64,000 nt of DNA, taken from Macrostomum lignano (Eukaryota). Below are positions 1 through 12,746 of this stretch, piece by piece. How positions within the stretch are numbered: the first letter of the stretch is position 1; every line of letters begins with the position of its first letter. The position numbers and the translations under genes are program-made. The DNA is taken from NCBI GenBank assembly GCA_002269645.1, contig NIVC01001512.1, positions 211,368 through 275,367 of the forward strand. Direction: 5' to 3'. A model generated the notes under the pieces. That model saw nothing but the letters and a program-made list of their open reading frames with translations. It was not told the origin of the DNA and ran no database searches.

Positions 1-332
1 TTGGTTTCTTCGGATTTCACTGATCCTTAGTGAAAGTCAAATAAGGACCTAAGGTCGAGCTTTAATAGCTTCCTCCTCCTCCCACACACCTGGTTATAGG
101 TGAGGTGGAGAGATGGCAGTTCTGCCACCAGTTCCGGTGTTTCTCCCCTGAGTCAGGGAGTCTATTAGACACAAGCCTTCTGGAGAGGAACCCCCCAGCT
201 TAAGATGTGTCCATCGTTTTTTTTTTACACTAAAAAGATAGGAAGAAGACAGCGCGAGCCTTTCTGTCAAAATATTGAATAACCTTAACGAAACTTAAAT
301 AACATTAGCTTTGAAAACTCAAAATGTGCTTG

Positions 333-558
333 TGGCGCTAAAGTGAGTGGCTGCGGCGCTAAAATGAGTGGCTGCGGCGCTAAAATGAGTGACTGCGGCG
401 CTAAAATGAGTGACTGCGGCGCTAAAATGAGTCCATGCGACGCTAAAATGAGTGACTGCGGCGCTAAAATGAGTGACTGCGGCGCTAAAATGAGTGACTG
501 CGGCGCTAAAATGAGTGACTGCGGCGCTAAAATGAGTGACTGCGGCGCTAAAATGAGC
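333..558. repeat. 21-bp minisatellite (GCTAAAATGAGTGACTGCGGC)n, ~11 copies
   Basis: Tandem copies read directly; produces the spurious MSDCGAK and LILAPQS ORFs. Confidence 0.95.
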
Positions 559-1109
559 TTCAAAAGAGTTAATTCAACGATTTTTCAAAACCGGAGCTGC
601 TTTTCTATGCGCGTCAAGAAATCCTCCTCCTTTGAGTTTCCTACTCGTAATTTTTTTGGAATCCGTAGAAGAATTCTTGCTACTTCGTATCTCTTAACTG
701 GTGGCTTATATCTCTACGTTCAATTAGAGATTTTTATGAAATAGTAAGGTTTCGTGAGATCCAAGTTGAAAACTTAACTTAAAAATTGTGAAGTCTAAAT
801 TTTGGCTTAAGCAAGAAAGAATCGTATTTAATCTCAAATCTGTACTGAAAAAATGTGTTTAGTCTAGAGATTTTACGTCTAAAACAAATTGAGTTGAGCG
901 TTACTTGTAAAACGCGATTTCTGTTACTCTTTTCTCGTCTCTCTTTATCCAAATTCAAGGCCAATGAAAATTTTTCTTTTGGCAACAGTTTTGCCTATCC
1001 AGATTCTACATTCATGTACTTTCTGGTCTGGGCGACGGCTTCCTTATCCAGATTCTAGGTCTAAGGAATTCATGCTTTAGGCAGGATTTAAGGGTCTACG
1101 AGTATGATT

Positions 1110-1494
1110 CATCCAGATTCTAGGTCTGTAACTCCAATATTAGTGTTGGTTTCCCCATCCAGATTCTAGGTCTGGAACTCCAATATTAGTGTTGGTTTCC
1201 CCATCCAGATTCTAGGTCTGGAACTCCAATATTAGTGTTGGTTTCCCTATCCAGATTCTAGGTCTGGAACTCCAATATTAATGTTGGTTTCCCTATCCAG
1301 ATTCTAGGTCTGGAACTCCAATATTAGTGTTGGTTTCCCTATCCAGATTCTAGGTCTGGAACTCCAATATTAGTGTTGGTTTCCCTATCCAGATTCTAGG
1401 TCTGGAACTCCAATATTAATGTTGGTTTCCCTATCCAGATTCTCGGTCTGGAACTCCAATATTAATGTTGGTTTCCCTATCCAGATTCTCGGTC
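1110..1494. repeat. 46-bp minisatellite (ATCCAGATTCTAGGTCTGGAACTCCAATATTAGTGTTGGTTTCCCT)n
   Basis: Unit starts at 1157, 1203, 1249 and onward; partial precursor copies near 997 and 1047. Confidence 0.95.
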
Positions 1495-3249
1495 AGGAGC
1501 TCCATGCTTTTAATTGGCAGAATCCAACAACAGAGCGGCATTTGAGCCGGAACGCATAATTTCTTTAAACCAACCTTTCTGTCCCAGTTTTGAAATTTTA
1601 CTAAAGCTGCGGAATGACGGCTCTGGCCTCCAAGGCGAGGGAAAGGGCCATAAAGCCATCAATTTTTTTTCTGTTGCACATCTTGGGATTTTCAAGCAGA
1701 TTTTCCTAACTCGCGCAGGGATTGTTTTAACAATCCTGACTAGGCGCTGCAACTCAGTTGCTAGGATTCTTCTATGAGGTTGAATTTTGGCCTCCAAGTG
1801 CGGATTTTTTCAAAAGAACAAACCAACTGTGCTTGTGTCGTAAAATGTAAAAGTACAACTACAGTGACTGCGGCATACGTCAGTTTCATTCTGTCGGATT
1901 AGATAATAAACTTTTATGGCATATGGCTAGTATGGTGTCTATAGCGTCTGTATTGCTGCGCCAGATTGCACTAATAAATATTTCATAGCTTAATTGCTTG
2001 AAAGGCAAGTTTTTGGTCGAAGTCAAATGCAAGCTGTGTAGAGCAGAAATAAAATTGTCTGCTAAGGAAATTTTCTACTTTAATTAATTTAGGGTGGACC
2101 TGGGAAAACCTGGAGATTAAATCAGCTAGCTCATTGTAACATTACATTGATTAGCAGCTTCTATGGAGCATATTTTGCACTGATTTCTATAATTCTGTCT
2201 TGAAATTTGTGCATAAATACACAGCACATCTCAAAGTTCATTTTCTATATCGCATGCCTTTCTTTGTCACTCTCTGTATGAGCATGTACAACATGTCTGT
2301 GGCTATCTATGAGATATTCATGCTTGTATTGGTTAGAGGCAATTTTTCCTAACCTAAATGCACCTGGAAAACGGTCATATTGAACCTGGAAAGATCAAAC
2401 CTGGAATCTAGAAATGAATAATTCAAAGCTACATTGGCGACTGGCGTACATTGGCAAAGAAAGCGACAGACGGGCTGATTAATGCATCACCATGATCATT
2501 ATCAGATAATAAAAGCAGCTTCTCAAACACAGGTAGCCATCTAACGCTAAAATTTACTCAAGTGTAGAAGCGCAGGCAATAACCGACGCGTTAATTACTG
2601 TTAGCACTCACGGCCTCATCAAATTTTGTCTGCTAAATAATGGCTTTTTACTTGAGCTCTGAAGACTGAATTGGTTGCTGTGGAAATGATATTGATATTT
2701 TAGGATATTTTGCGTTTTTTTTATAAAAACGGCTTATCACTGCCTCCTATCCTGCGGAATGACTGGGTCTGTCGAGTATGAGTTTGTAAGGCTGCTAGCA
2801 CAAATATGAATAGATATAAGCCGAAATGCTGCTCGGATAAAAACAAAGCTAACAAATGCGTGCGTCTGATGGCCCATCTGGCATGCTTAATCTGTAAAAG
2901 TGCACCCCATGCAGTCGCTCCCCTGGGATCGGAGTAGGGGGTTGGGTTCGACACTAGAAAATGTCTGCTGTGAGCCCGAGGCAGAAAGCATCTCGCCAAA
3001 TCCAGCCAGATGCTGGCGCGACTGTTGTGAGCAGTGCGGCCATTGGCAATCACTCATTTGGCTTCCCGACTCCCCGATATATATATTGGCCTAAAAATGC
3101 GCTATTGTTATTGATAGCGGTGGGGATGCTCAGACGGTTAGCCAGACATGCCGAGCTGATAGACACGCGTGGGCGTAAAAACAACAGAGTACTCTCAGTG
3201 AAATAGACAGCTAAAAATGCCAGGCAGACATGCAAATAGATTACTAGTA

Positions 3250-3258
3250 CGGACAGAC

Positions 3259-3296
<38 letters not shown>

Positions 3297-3331
3297 TAGA
3301 CAGACAGATAGACAAGACAGACAGACAGAAG

Positions 3332-3362
<31 letters not shown>

Positions 3363-3464
3363 CAGACAGACAGTTAAATAAAGACAGACAGACAGACAGA
3401 CAGACAGGCAGGCTGACAGACAGACAAATAGACAAGACAGACAGACAGACAGTTAAATAGAGGC

Positions 3465-3517
<53 letters not shown>

Positions 3518-3563
3518 GTTAAATAGAGACAGACAAACAGACAGCCAGACAGACAGACAGACA

Positions 3564-3594
<31 letters not shown>

Positions 3595-3641
3595 TAAACA
3601 GAGACAGACAGACAGACAGACAAAAAGCAGACAGGCAGACA
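3250..3641. repeat. (ACAG)n microsatellite
   Basis: Visible tetranucleotide run. Confidence 0.95.
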
Positions 3642-3741
3642 GTAGTTTCAGGATCTGGTATCTAGATCGTAGCCGCCGGACAAATATCAGCTGACTCGGC
3701 ATTAAAAGTACAACAGAAAATCCTTCCATTCCTTCGCGCAG

Positions 3742-5463
3742 CTACTCGCCCCTAGAGATGCAGCCGCGGCTCGACTTTCTTAACTCCGATGATGCGCCCT
3801 CCCTGATGCCCCAGCTGACTGCGGCGCCCGCAGCCAGCGAAGCCGCTAGCACCGGCATTGCACCCTGGGTTCGGCAGGCGTTCGCTTCAGAGTCGGCCAG
3901 CTATCCACTCACTCTGCTGTACGTCTGGGAGCAGGTGCGTGTCCGAGACGCCAAATTGCCGCCATTTTTCCATGACGCTTTTTCGTTTTACCTACGCATT
4001 GTTAATAATTAGCGTTAGCAGATGTTTTTCGTTTGCTAAATGATCAAATTACATTATAAGTAGGAGAAGAAATCGCACCTGCAAAGAATGATCCACTCCG
4101 AGAGTCATCATTAATCTACCCTGAGACTCACCAATAATCCACTCTGAGAATCACCATTAATCCACTCTGAGAATCACCCTTAATCCACTCTGAGAATCAC
4201 CCTTAATCCACTCTGAGAATCATCCTTAATCCACTCTGAGAATCACCCTTAATCCACTCTGACAATCACCCTTAATCCACTCTGAGACTCACCAATAATC
4301 CACTCTGAGAATCACCATTAATCCACTCTGAAAATCACCCTTAATCCACTCTGAGAATCACCCTTAATCCACTCTGAGAATCATCCTTAATCCACTCTGA
4401 GAATCACCCTTAATCCACTCTAAGAATCACCCTTAATCCACTCTGAGAATCACCATTAATCCACTCTGAGAATCACCATTAATCCACTCTGAGAATCATC
4501 CTTAATCCACTCTGAGAATCACCCTTAATCCACTCTAAGAATCACCCTTAATCCACTTTAAGAATCACCCTTAATCCACTCTGAAAATCATCCTTAATCC
4601 ACTTTGAGAGTCACCATTAATCCACTCTGAGAATCACCCTTAATCCACTTTAAGAATCACCATTAATCCACTCTAAGAATCGCCCCTCCTTAACTAGCAT
4701 TAGAATCGCAGAGCCGTAAAACTAGCCCTTTTGAATGGCCCCTACTCAACAGCTTAAGCCGCCGATAAAGCCGCACCCAATCGATTATGAAATTCCGCAG
4801 GTTCGACCCCCGCCCGGCACAGAGCCCCTGGCCAGCCGGTCCTGTCTAACCATTCAGCTTGCGAGATGGCCTCGCAGTGTGCCAATTACCCGCGCCAACT
4901 GGGAGCTATTGTTGCACCGGCTGCCTAAGCTCAAGCTGCTTCGCATTATTCTGTTGCTTCTAGAAGCAGACAAAGAAGAGGAAAACTCTTCGGACGAGCC
5001 GGAGTCAGACGGCATCATCAACGTCTGCGACGATTGCGCCGCTTTCGGCGCTCGCATCGAACTGCGGCGACTTCGTCTTGTCGGCGGCGAAGCTACAGCC
5101 CAAGCTGACGCCGCCGTTGACGAGCCCGACGCTGTCTGTTTGTTTAATTTACGCCGGCCGCTGGCTCTGCCGCCGGCCGCTTCTACGCCGCTGCCGCCGC
5201 TGCTGCTCCGGTCAAGCGGCGCGCCTCTGCTGGCCACGTTCGAATCCGCCAGACTCTGTCGCGATCTGCCTCGCCTGCTGGCTCCGCTGATGCCGCTGGT
5301 TAAAGCTTCGTCTGGCGGGCCCGACGGTCGAACTAGGACTCGCTGGCCTAGCGGAGTGAACCCCGCCTTCTCCGGTCTGCCTCGCCGACTGCCGATTGAA
5401 GCGGACGGTGATCCGGCCTGCTGTCACACCAACTGGTGCCTGAGCGTGCTGTGGGCTGACTAA
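3742..5463 (+). CDS. 3' exons of an MSS51/ZMYND15/17-like protein (MSS51 C-terminal domain); exons 3742-3934 and 4801-5463; 5' exons not identified
   Basis: Canonical splice sites (cgcgcag|C at 3741/3742, CAG|gtgcgt at 3934, ttccgcag|GTT at 4800/4801) join in phase 0. Motifs SYPLTLLY, LTIQL, WELLLHRLPKLKLLRIILL, LLATFES, GVNPAFSGLP and a C-terminal N fit the MSS51-family pattern (SxPLT..., LxIH, WEELLHLLP..L.I..IGPE, T.y, NPF.S). Confidence 0.55.
4120..4682. repeat. 23-bp minisatellite (GAGAATCACCCTTAATCCACTCT)n, intronic
   Basis: Tandem copies read directly. Confidence 0.95.
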
Positions 5464-5529
5464 GCGGGTCTTTGCTGCCCGATTTGTAATTGGGGTCGGT
5501 TGGATTAGGAATATTAAATCGACATCAAT

Positions 5530-6670
5530 TGGTTATTAGTGAATATCGACATATTATATTGGTGAATATCGACATGTTATTAGTGAGTATCGACAGGTTA
5601 TTGGTAAATATCGGCAGATTATATTGGTGAATATCGACATGTTATTAGTGAGTATCGACAGGTTATTGGTAAATATCGACAGATTATATTGGTGAATATC
5701 GACATGTTATTTGTGAGTATCGACAGGTTATTGGTAAATATCGACAGATTATATTGGTGAATATCGACATGTTATTAGTGAATATCGACATGTTATTAGT
5801 GAGTATCGACATGTTATTAGTGAGTATCGACAGGTTATTGGTGAATATCGACAGATTATTGGTGAATATCGACATGTTATTAGTGAGTATCGACAGGTTA
5901 TTGGTAAATATCGGCAGATTATATTGGTGAATATCGACATGTTATTAGTGAGTATCGACAGGTTATTGGTAAATATCGACAGATTATATTGGTGAATATC
6001 GACATGTTATTAGTGAGTATCGACAGGTTATTGGTAAATATCGACAGATTATATTGGTGAATATCGACATGTTATTAGTGAGTATCGACAGGTTATTGGT
6101 AAATATCGACAGATTATATTGGTGAATATCGACATGTTATTTGTGAGTATCGACAGGTTATTGGTAAATATCGACAGATTATATTGGTGAATATCGACAT
6201 GTTATTTGTGAGTATCGACAGGTTATTGGTAAATATCGACAGATTATATTGGTGAATATCGACATGTTATTTGTGAGTATCGACAGGTTATTGGTAAATA
6301 TCGACAGATTATATTGGTGAATATCGACATGTTATTAGTGAATATCGACATGTTATTAGTGAGTATCGACATGTTATTAGTGAGTATCGACAGGTTATTG
6401 GTGAATATCGACAGATTATTGGTGAATATCGACATGTTATTAGTGAATATCGACATGTTATTAGTGAATATCGACATGTTATTAGTGAGTATCGACAGGT
6501 TATTGGTGAATATCGACAGATTATTGGTGAATATCGACAGATTATATTGGTGAATATCGACATGTTATTAGTGAATATCGACATGTTATTAGTGAGTATC
6601 GACAGGTTATTGGTGAATATCGACAGATTATTGGTGAATATCGACATGCTATTAGTGAATATCGACATGT
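5530..6670. repeat. ~21-bp minisatellite (GTGAATATCGACATGTTATTA and variants) with higher-order structure
   Basis: Tandem copies read directly. Confidence 0.95.
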
Positions 6671-7069
6671 TGTTAGTTATTAGAAAACGTTATTGCAAAA
6701 TATCGATACACTATCTCAGTGATGTTAATGTTATGCATACGGCAGCAATTAATATCATCGATTTGATTTACAATGGAATTCGCTAGATTTACTAGATTGG
6801 GCGTCGGTTTGAGATGCGTTCTGCATTGCTATGCATTGTTACTCAATTTTCATGTTGTTGACATTTCTAACTGCGAAAGCTATTCACTGTTTTTTTCTAA
6901 ACGCGTATAACTCTAAAAAATTGTATCCAAGTACACTATAAAAATGTGTGTAATAATGTATAGAACTTGTTTCACTCCAGAGTTTTTAACCCATGCGGAG
7001 GTTTTGCTTAACCATCTCACCATTTGTGATAAATATTTATTGCACCTGTATCACTTGCACTTTAAACTG

Positions 7070-7640
7070 TGAATCATCCCCGATTTCCGCCCCCTGAGAA
7101 TCATCCCCTAATTTCCGCCCCTGAGAATCATCCCCAATTTCCGCCCCCTGAGAATCATCCCCAATTTCCGCCCCTGAGAATCACCCCCGATTTCCGCCCC
7201 CTGAGAATCATCCATCCCAATTTCCGCCCCCTGAGAATCATCCCCAATTTCCGCCCCCTGAGAATCATCCCCAATTTCCGCCCCCTGAGAATCATCTCCA
7301 ATTTCCGCCCCCCTGAGAATTATTCCCAATTTCCGCCCCCTGAGAATCATCCCCAATTTTCGCCCCCTGAGAATCATCCCCAATTTCCGCGCGCTGAGAA
7401 TCATCCCCAATTTCCTCCCCGTGAGAATCATCCCCAATTTCCTCCCCGTGAGAATCATCCCCAATTTCCGCGCGCTGAGAATCATCCCCAATTTCCGCCC
7501 GCTGAGAATCATCCCCAATTTCCGCGCCCTGAGAATCATCCCCAATTTCCTCCCCGTGAGAATCATCCCCAATTTTCGCCCCCTGAGAATCATCCCCAAT
7601 TTCCGCCCCCTGAGAATCATCCCCAATTTCCGCCCCTGAG
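7070..7640. repeat. 26-27-bp minisatellite (GAGAATCATCCCCAATTTCCGCCCCCT)n
   Basis: Tandem copies read directly. Confidence 0.95.
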
Positions 7641-8179
7641 AAAAATCACATGAAGAATTGTTAACAATGGGTTGCACTTTTAAATGCCATTGCATTCTTG
7701 CAAGGCAAATTCATCGTCTAAGTGTCACTGTGTTTCGTGTTAATTTAAACTTTAGCGTCGAACGCTATCAAAGCAGTTTTTTGTCTGTATAAATAATATG
7801 TTGTTTTATGCTACTTAAAGTAGATGGCAGCACTTTTTCTTTTTTTCTGCACGCGAGAAGTATTTATAATTCGTCACAATACAGTAAAAATTTTAAGTGG
7901 CAATTTTCCTTGCTGTTTTTATTCAATAAGTACAGCTGAGCATTAATATGACATGGCTGAGTGCCAACTTTAAAAGAAAAACGTTACATTAGGACTCGTC
8001 TGTGTTCACACTCAAGACTAAAAAAATACTTCAGATTTCTAAATCGTTTCTGCAACTAATCTCTTTTTTTCTGCTTGAATCTTTCTAGTAAAGCACTTTT
8101 TTCTCTCCCGAAGAATGAAATTTTCTTCAGTGTCTCTTATTTACCAAGCGCACCCTTTCTCCCTTGAAATCTGATTTTA

Positions 8180-9175
8180 GGAATCGCTCTTAATCTCCCT
8201 TGAGAATCGCTCTCATTCTCCCTTGAGAATCGCTCTCATTCTCCCTTGAGAATCGCTCTCATTCTCCCTTGAGAATCGCTCTCAATCTCCCTTGAGAATC
8301 GCTCTCATTCTCCCTTGAGAATCGCTCTCAATCTCCATTGAGAATCGCTCTCATTCTCCCTTGAGAATCGCTCTCATTCTCCCTTGAGAATCGCTCTCAT
8401 TCTCCCTTGAGAATCGCTCTCAATCTCCCTTGAGAATCGCTCTCAATCTCCATTGAGAATCGCTCTCATTCTCCCTTGAGAATCGCTCTCAATCTCCATT
8501 GAGAATCGCTCTCATTCTCCCTTGAGAATCGCTCTCAATCTCCCTTGAGAATCGCTCTCAATCTCCCTTGAGAATCGCTCTCATTCTCCCTTGAGAATCG
8601 CTCTCAATCTCCCTTGAGAATCGCTCTCAATCTCCATTGAGAATCGCTCTCATTCTCCCTTGAGAATCGCTCTCAATCTCCCTTGAGAATCGCTCTCAAT
8701 CTCCCTTGAGAATCGCTCTCATTCTCCCTTGAGAATCGCTCTCAATCTCCCTTGAGAATCGCTCTCATTCTCCCTTGAGAATCGCTCTCAATCTCCCTTG
8801 AGAATCGCTCTCATTCTCCCTTGAGAATCGCTCTCATTCTCCCTTGAGAATCGCTCTCAATCTCCCTTGAGAATCGCTCTTATTCTCCCTTGAGAGTCGC
8901 TCTCATTCTCCCTTGAGAATCGCTAGAATTCTCCCTTGAGAATCGCTCTCATTCTCCCTTGAGAATCGCTCTCAATCTCCCTTGAGAATCGCTCTCATTC
9001 TCCCTTGAGAATCGCTCTCATTCTCCCTTGAGAATCGCTCTCAATCTCCCTTGAGAATCGCTCTCATTCTCCCTTGAGAATCGCTCTCAATCTCCCTTGA
9101 GAATCGCTCTCAATCTCCCTTGAGAATCGCTCTCAATCTCCCTTGAGAATCGCTCTCATTCTCCCTTGAGAATCG
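8180..9175. repeat. 23-bp minisatellite (GAGAATCGCTCTCAWTCTCCCTT)n
   Basis: About 43 tandem copies. Confidence 0.95.
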
Positions 9176-9764
9176 CGCTCAGAGCAGTTCAGACATGTCG
9201 CCGCACAATAATTTATGGCTTGTGTTATACATGGATTCTATTCGCGTTCAACATTATTCCAGACTGAGTTACATAAGCCGCAATCACAGATAATTCTCTG
9301 CATGCATATTTCCTACCTGCAATCTGCAATCAATTAAATGTCTGTGTTTTTATTTCTGTTTCAGCTTTTATTGATTTTGACTTGTTTATTCGGTTTTTTA
9401 AAAGTACACACGAGTACATGGTATGTGCACACACGGTTTCTGTTTAGCTGTGAAAATTCTCTTCCTGAAACTGCGTTAGCGCCGTCTGCAGCAAATTATT
9501 TGTCTTTTCAGTCTCTTTTGTGTTGACCAGCTGTTTTTTGGTTTGAGAATTTGTTATATCATGATGAATTGCCTACCTCTAGTGAGCAACTCTACTCGCT
9601 TTGTATTATATAAGTTCTGAATGTACTTATGTGACTGTCTCAAGCAACTAGCATCCGTTGCAGCAGCTGCCTCAAATAGCTATTTTTATGTATATTAATC
9701 ATTTTTCATTGTTAAGCTAAAAGCTAACATTTACGTGGGTTCGGTTTAGCAGTCCATGGTAAGG

Positions 9765-10145
9765 CATGGGCATGATGGGTTAGCAGTCCATGGTAAGGCA
9801 TGGGCATGATGGGTTAGCAGTCCATGGTAAGGCATGGGCATGATGGGTTAGCAGTCCATGGTAAGGCATGGGCATGATGGGTTAGCAGTCCATGATAATG
9901 CATGGTCATGATGGGTTAGCAGTCCATGGTAAGGCATGGGCATGATGGGTTAGCAGTCCATGGTAATGCATGGTCATGATGGGTTAGCAGTCCATGGTAA
10001 GGCATGGGCATGATGGGTTAGCAGTCCATGGTAAGGCATGGGCATGATGGGTTAGCAGTCCATGGTAAGGCATGGTGATGATGGGTTAGCAGTCCATGGT
10101 AAGGCATGGTCATGATGGGTTAGCAGTCCATGGTAATGCATGGGC
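9765..10145. repeat. 34-bp minisatellite (GGGTTAGCAGTCCATGGTAAGGCATGGGCATGAT)n
   Basis: Tandem copies read directly. Confidence 0.95.
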
Positions 10146-10863
10146 ATTGTATGCATGACAAATATTGCTTTGTTATCTCTGCTAAAGCATAGCTATTGTA
10201 CTCTGACTCATTACTGCCTAGCAGGTCTTCTATCTATAGCTGGTATTTTATGGCTAGCAGACAATTTGCAAACCAATTTGTCATCCAATCCAAAGCTAGT
10301 TTACCCGTTTTTATTCCCATTTGTATTCTCGCCATACTCAAACTACATGTTAAGGGTTGCTTTTAAATTTCCTTATAAAAGCAATTTGCTTTGATCTGTT
10401 AATGCCGCTCAATGCAAACTCTTTTACAATGCGGGTTTTATTGATTTCTGTGTGTTCTTTTTATGCTTCAATTTTTGCAGCTGTATGATAATGCCTAAAA
10501 TATTGTATACGCACATAGAATACATTGTTGTTCGGCAAAGTTTTTTTAAGTTTTGCTGTGCTGTAGCTGTTAAATTCTTAGTTTTTGCTAAGTCTTAGTT
10601 GAGCTAATCAGCTACTTGTAGTAATAAGAACATTATTCTGTTATTCCTTAAGTGGGGAGTTATCGCTCTTTAAAAGGTGTGAAAAATTATTAATTATTAA
10701 AAATTATCATAATAATCTTCTTTCTGCTTAAGTTACTTATCCTAGACTGTTTCTATCTTTTTGAAAGTTATCTTGTCACCAAGATACCAACAGACTGCAA
10801 TCAAATAAAGAATTTCAAACCCAGTTAAGTACGAACATAACAATGGGCGTGTGTATGAGTGCT

Positions 10864-12405
10864 TGTCTCGTGTCCTTCCCTGCCTCCCTCTCGTGTCCTT
10901 CCCCTACCTCTCTCTCGTGTCCTTCCCTGCCTCTCTCTCGTGTCCTTTCCCTGCCTCCCTCTCTCGTGTCCTTCCCTGCCTCTCTCTCGTGTCCTTTCCC
11001 TGCCTCCCTCTCGTGTCCTTCCCTGCCTCTCTCTCGTGTCCTTCCCCTGCCTCCCTCTCTCGTGTCCTTCCCTGCCTCTCTCTCGTGTCCTTTCCCTGCC
11101 TCCCTCTCGTGTCCTTCCCTGCCTCTCTCTCGTGTCCTTTCCCTGCCTCCCTCTCGTGTCCTTCCCTGCCTCTCTCTCGTGTCCTTTCCCTGCCTCCCTC
11201 TCTCGTGTCCTTCCCTGCCTCTCTCTCGTGTCCTTTCCCTATCTCTCTCTCGTGTCCTTCCCTGCCTCCATCTCTCGTGTCCTTCCCCTATCTCTCTCTC
11301 GTGTCCTTCCCCTACCTCTCTCTCGTGTCCTTCCCCTGCCTCTCTCTCTCGTGTCCTTCCCCTACCTCCCTCTCGTGTCCTTCCCTGCCTCCCTTTCGTG
11401 TCCTCCCCTGCCTCCCTCTCGTGTCCTTCCCTGCCTCTCTCTCGTGTCCTTCCCTGCCTCTCTCTCGTGTCCTCCCCTGCCTCCCTCTCGTGTCCTCCCC
11501 TGCCTCGCTCTCGTGTCCTTCCCTTGCCTCCCTCTCGTGTCCTCCCCTGCCTCCCTCTCGTGTCCTTCCCTGCCCTTCTCGTGTCCTCCCCTGCCTCCCT
11601 CTCGTGTCCTTCTCTTGCCTCCCTCTCGTGTCCTTTCCCTGCCTCCCTCTCGTGTCCTCCCCTGCCTCCCTCTCGTGTCCTTCCCTTGCCTCCCTCTCGT
11701 GTCCTTCCCTTGCCTCCCTCTCGTGTCCTCCCCTGCCTCCCTCTCGTGTCCTTCCCTTGCCTCCCTCTCGTGTCCTTCCCTTGCCTCCCTCTCGTGTCCT
11801 CCCCTGCCTCCCTCTCGTGTCCTTCCCTTGCCTCCCTCTCGTGTCCTTCCCTGCCCCTCTCGTGTCCTTCCCTGCCCCTCTCGTGTCCTTTCCCTGCCCC
11901 TCTCGTGTCCTTCCCTTGCCTCCCTCTCGTGTCCTTCCCTGCCTCTCTCTCGTGTCCTTCCCTGCCCCTCTCGTGTCCTTCCCTGCCCCTCTCGTGTCCT
12001 TTCCCTGCCCCTCTCGTGTCCTTTCCCTGCCCCTCTCGTGTCCTTCCCTGCCCCTCTCGTGTCCTTTCCCTGCCCCTCTCGTGTCCTTCCCCTGCCTCCC
12101 TCTCGTGTCCTTCCCCTGCCTCCCTCTCGTGTCCTTCCCTGCCTCTCTCTCGTGTCCTTCCCCTGCCTCCCTCTCGTGTCCTTCCCTGCCCCTCTCGTGT
12201 CCTTCCCTGCCCCTCTCGTGTCCTTCCCCTGCCTCCCTCTCGTGTCCTTCCCTGCCCCTCTCGTGTTCTTCCCTGCCCCTCTCGTGTCCTTTCCCTGCCC
12301 CTCTCGTGTCCTTCCCTTGCCTCCCTCTCGTGTCCTTCCCCTGCCTCCCTCTCGTGTCCTTCCCCTGCCTCCCTCTCGTGTCCTTCCCCTGCCCCTCTCG
12401 TGTCC
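10864..12405. repeat. Pyrimidine-rich ~22-24-bp minisatellite (CTCGTGTCCTTCCCTGCCTCCCT)n
   Basis: Tandem copies; stop-free in three frames, so it produces spurious 500+ aa ORFs. Confidence 0.95.
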
Positions 12406-12746
12406 GCGCTTGCATATGTTCAGGAGTCAGCAGAATGGGCAGTATTGCCGTCAGTGCTGGCTGTGGTAGGATTTCGCCGAAGGCGTTGCACCAGAGTTGC
12501 CCGTAGCCCTCATGCGAATAGTTCATACGTATTTTATTGCAAACTGACCAACAATTTTTGTTTTCAATATCGACTTTCAACCGAGTAGATATTCAACATA
12601 TAGAAGAAGTAAGAAACGCTGCTTCGATAGTTCTATTTACGATATTCGATGAACGCATTCTTTACTTGCTACTCATCAGTAGACGCTGTCGAACATTCCA
12701 ATTAAATTCATGTCTGTAGCCCGGCATCGTGCGCTGTTCGCCAGCC

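Noticed and set aside
1-230. Possible hammerhead ribozyme core (CTGAT...GAAA)
   Set aside because: Reads CTGATCC rather than CTGANGA, and no supporting stems were found
1027-1494. CRISPR-like regular repeat
   Set aside because: Units are contiguous with no unique spacers, there are no cas genes, and the context is eukaryotic
4854-5427. Minus-strand Ser/Arg-rich ORFs
   Set aside because: The plus-strand frame has family motifs and phase-compatible splice sites, so these are probably its shadow
10843-12588. 422-581 aa ORFs in several frames
   Set aside because: Translations of a stop-free pyrimidine minisatellite; not genes
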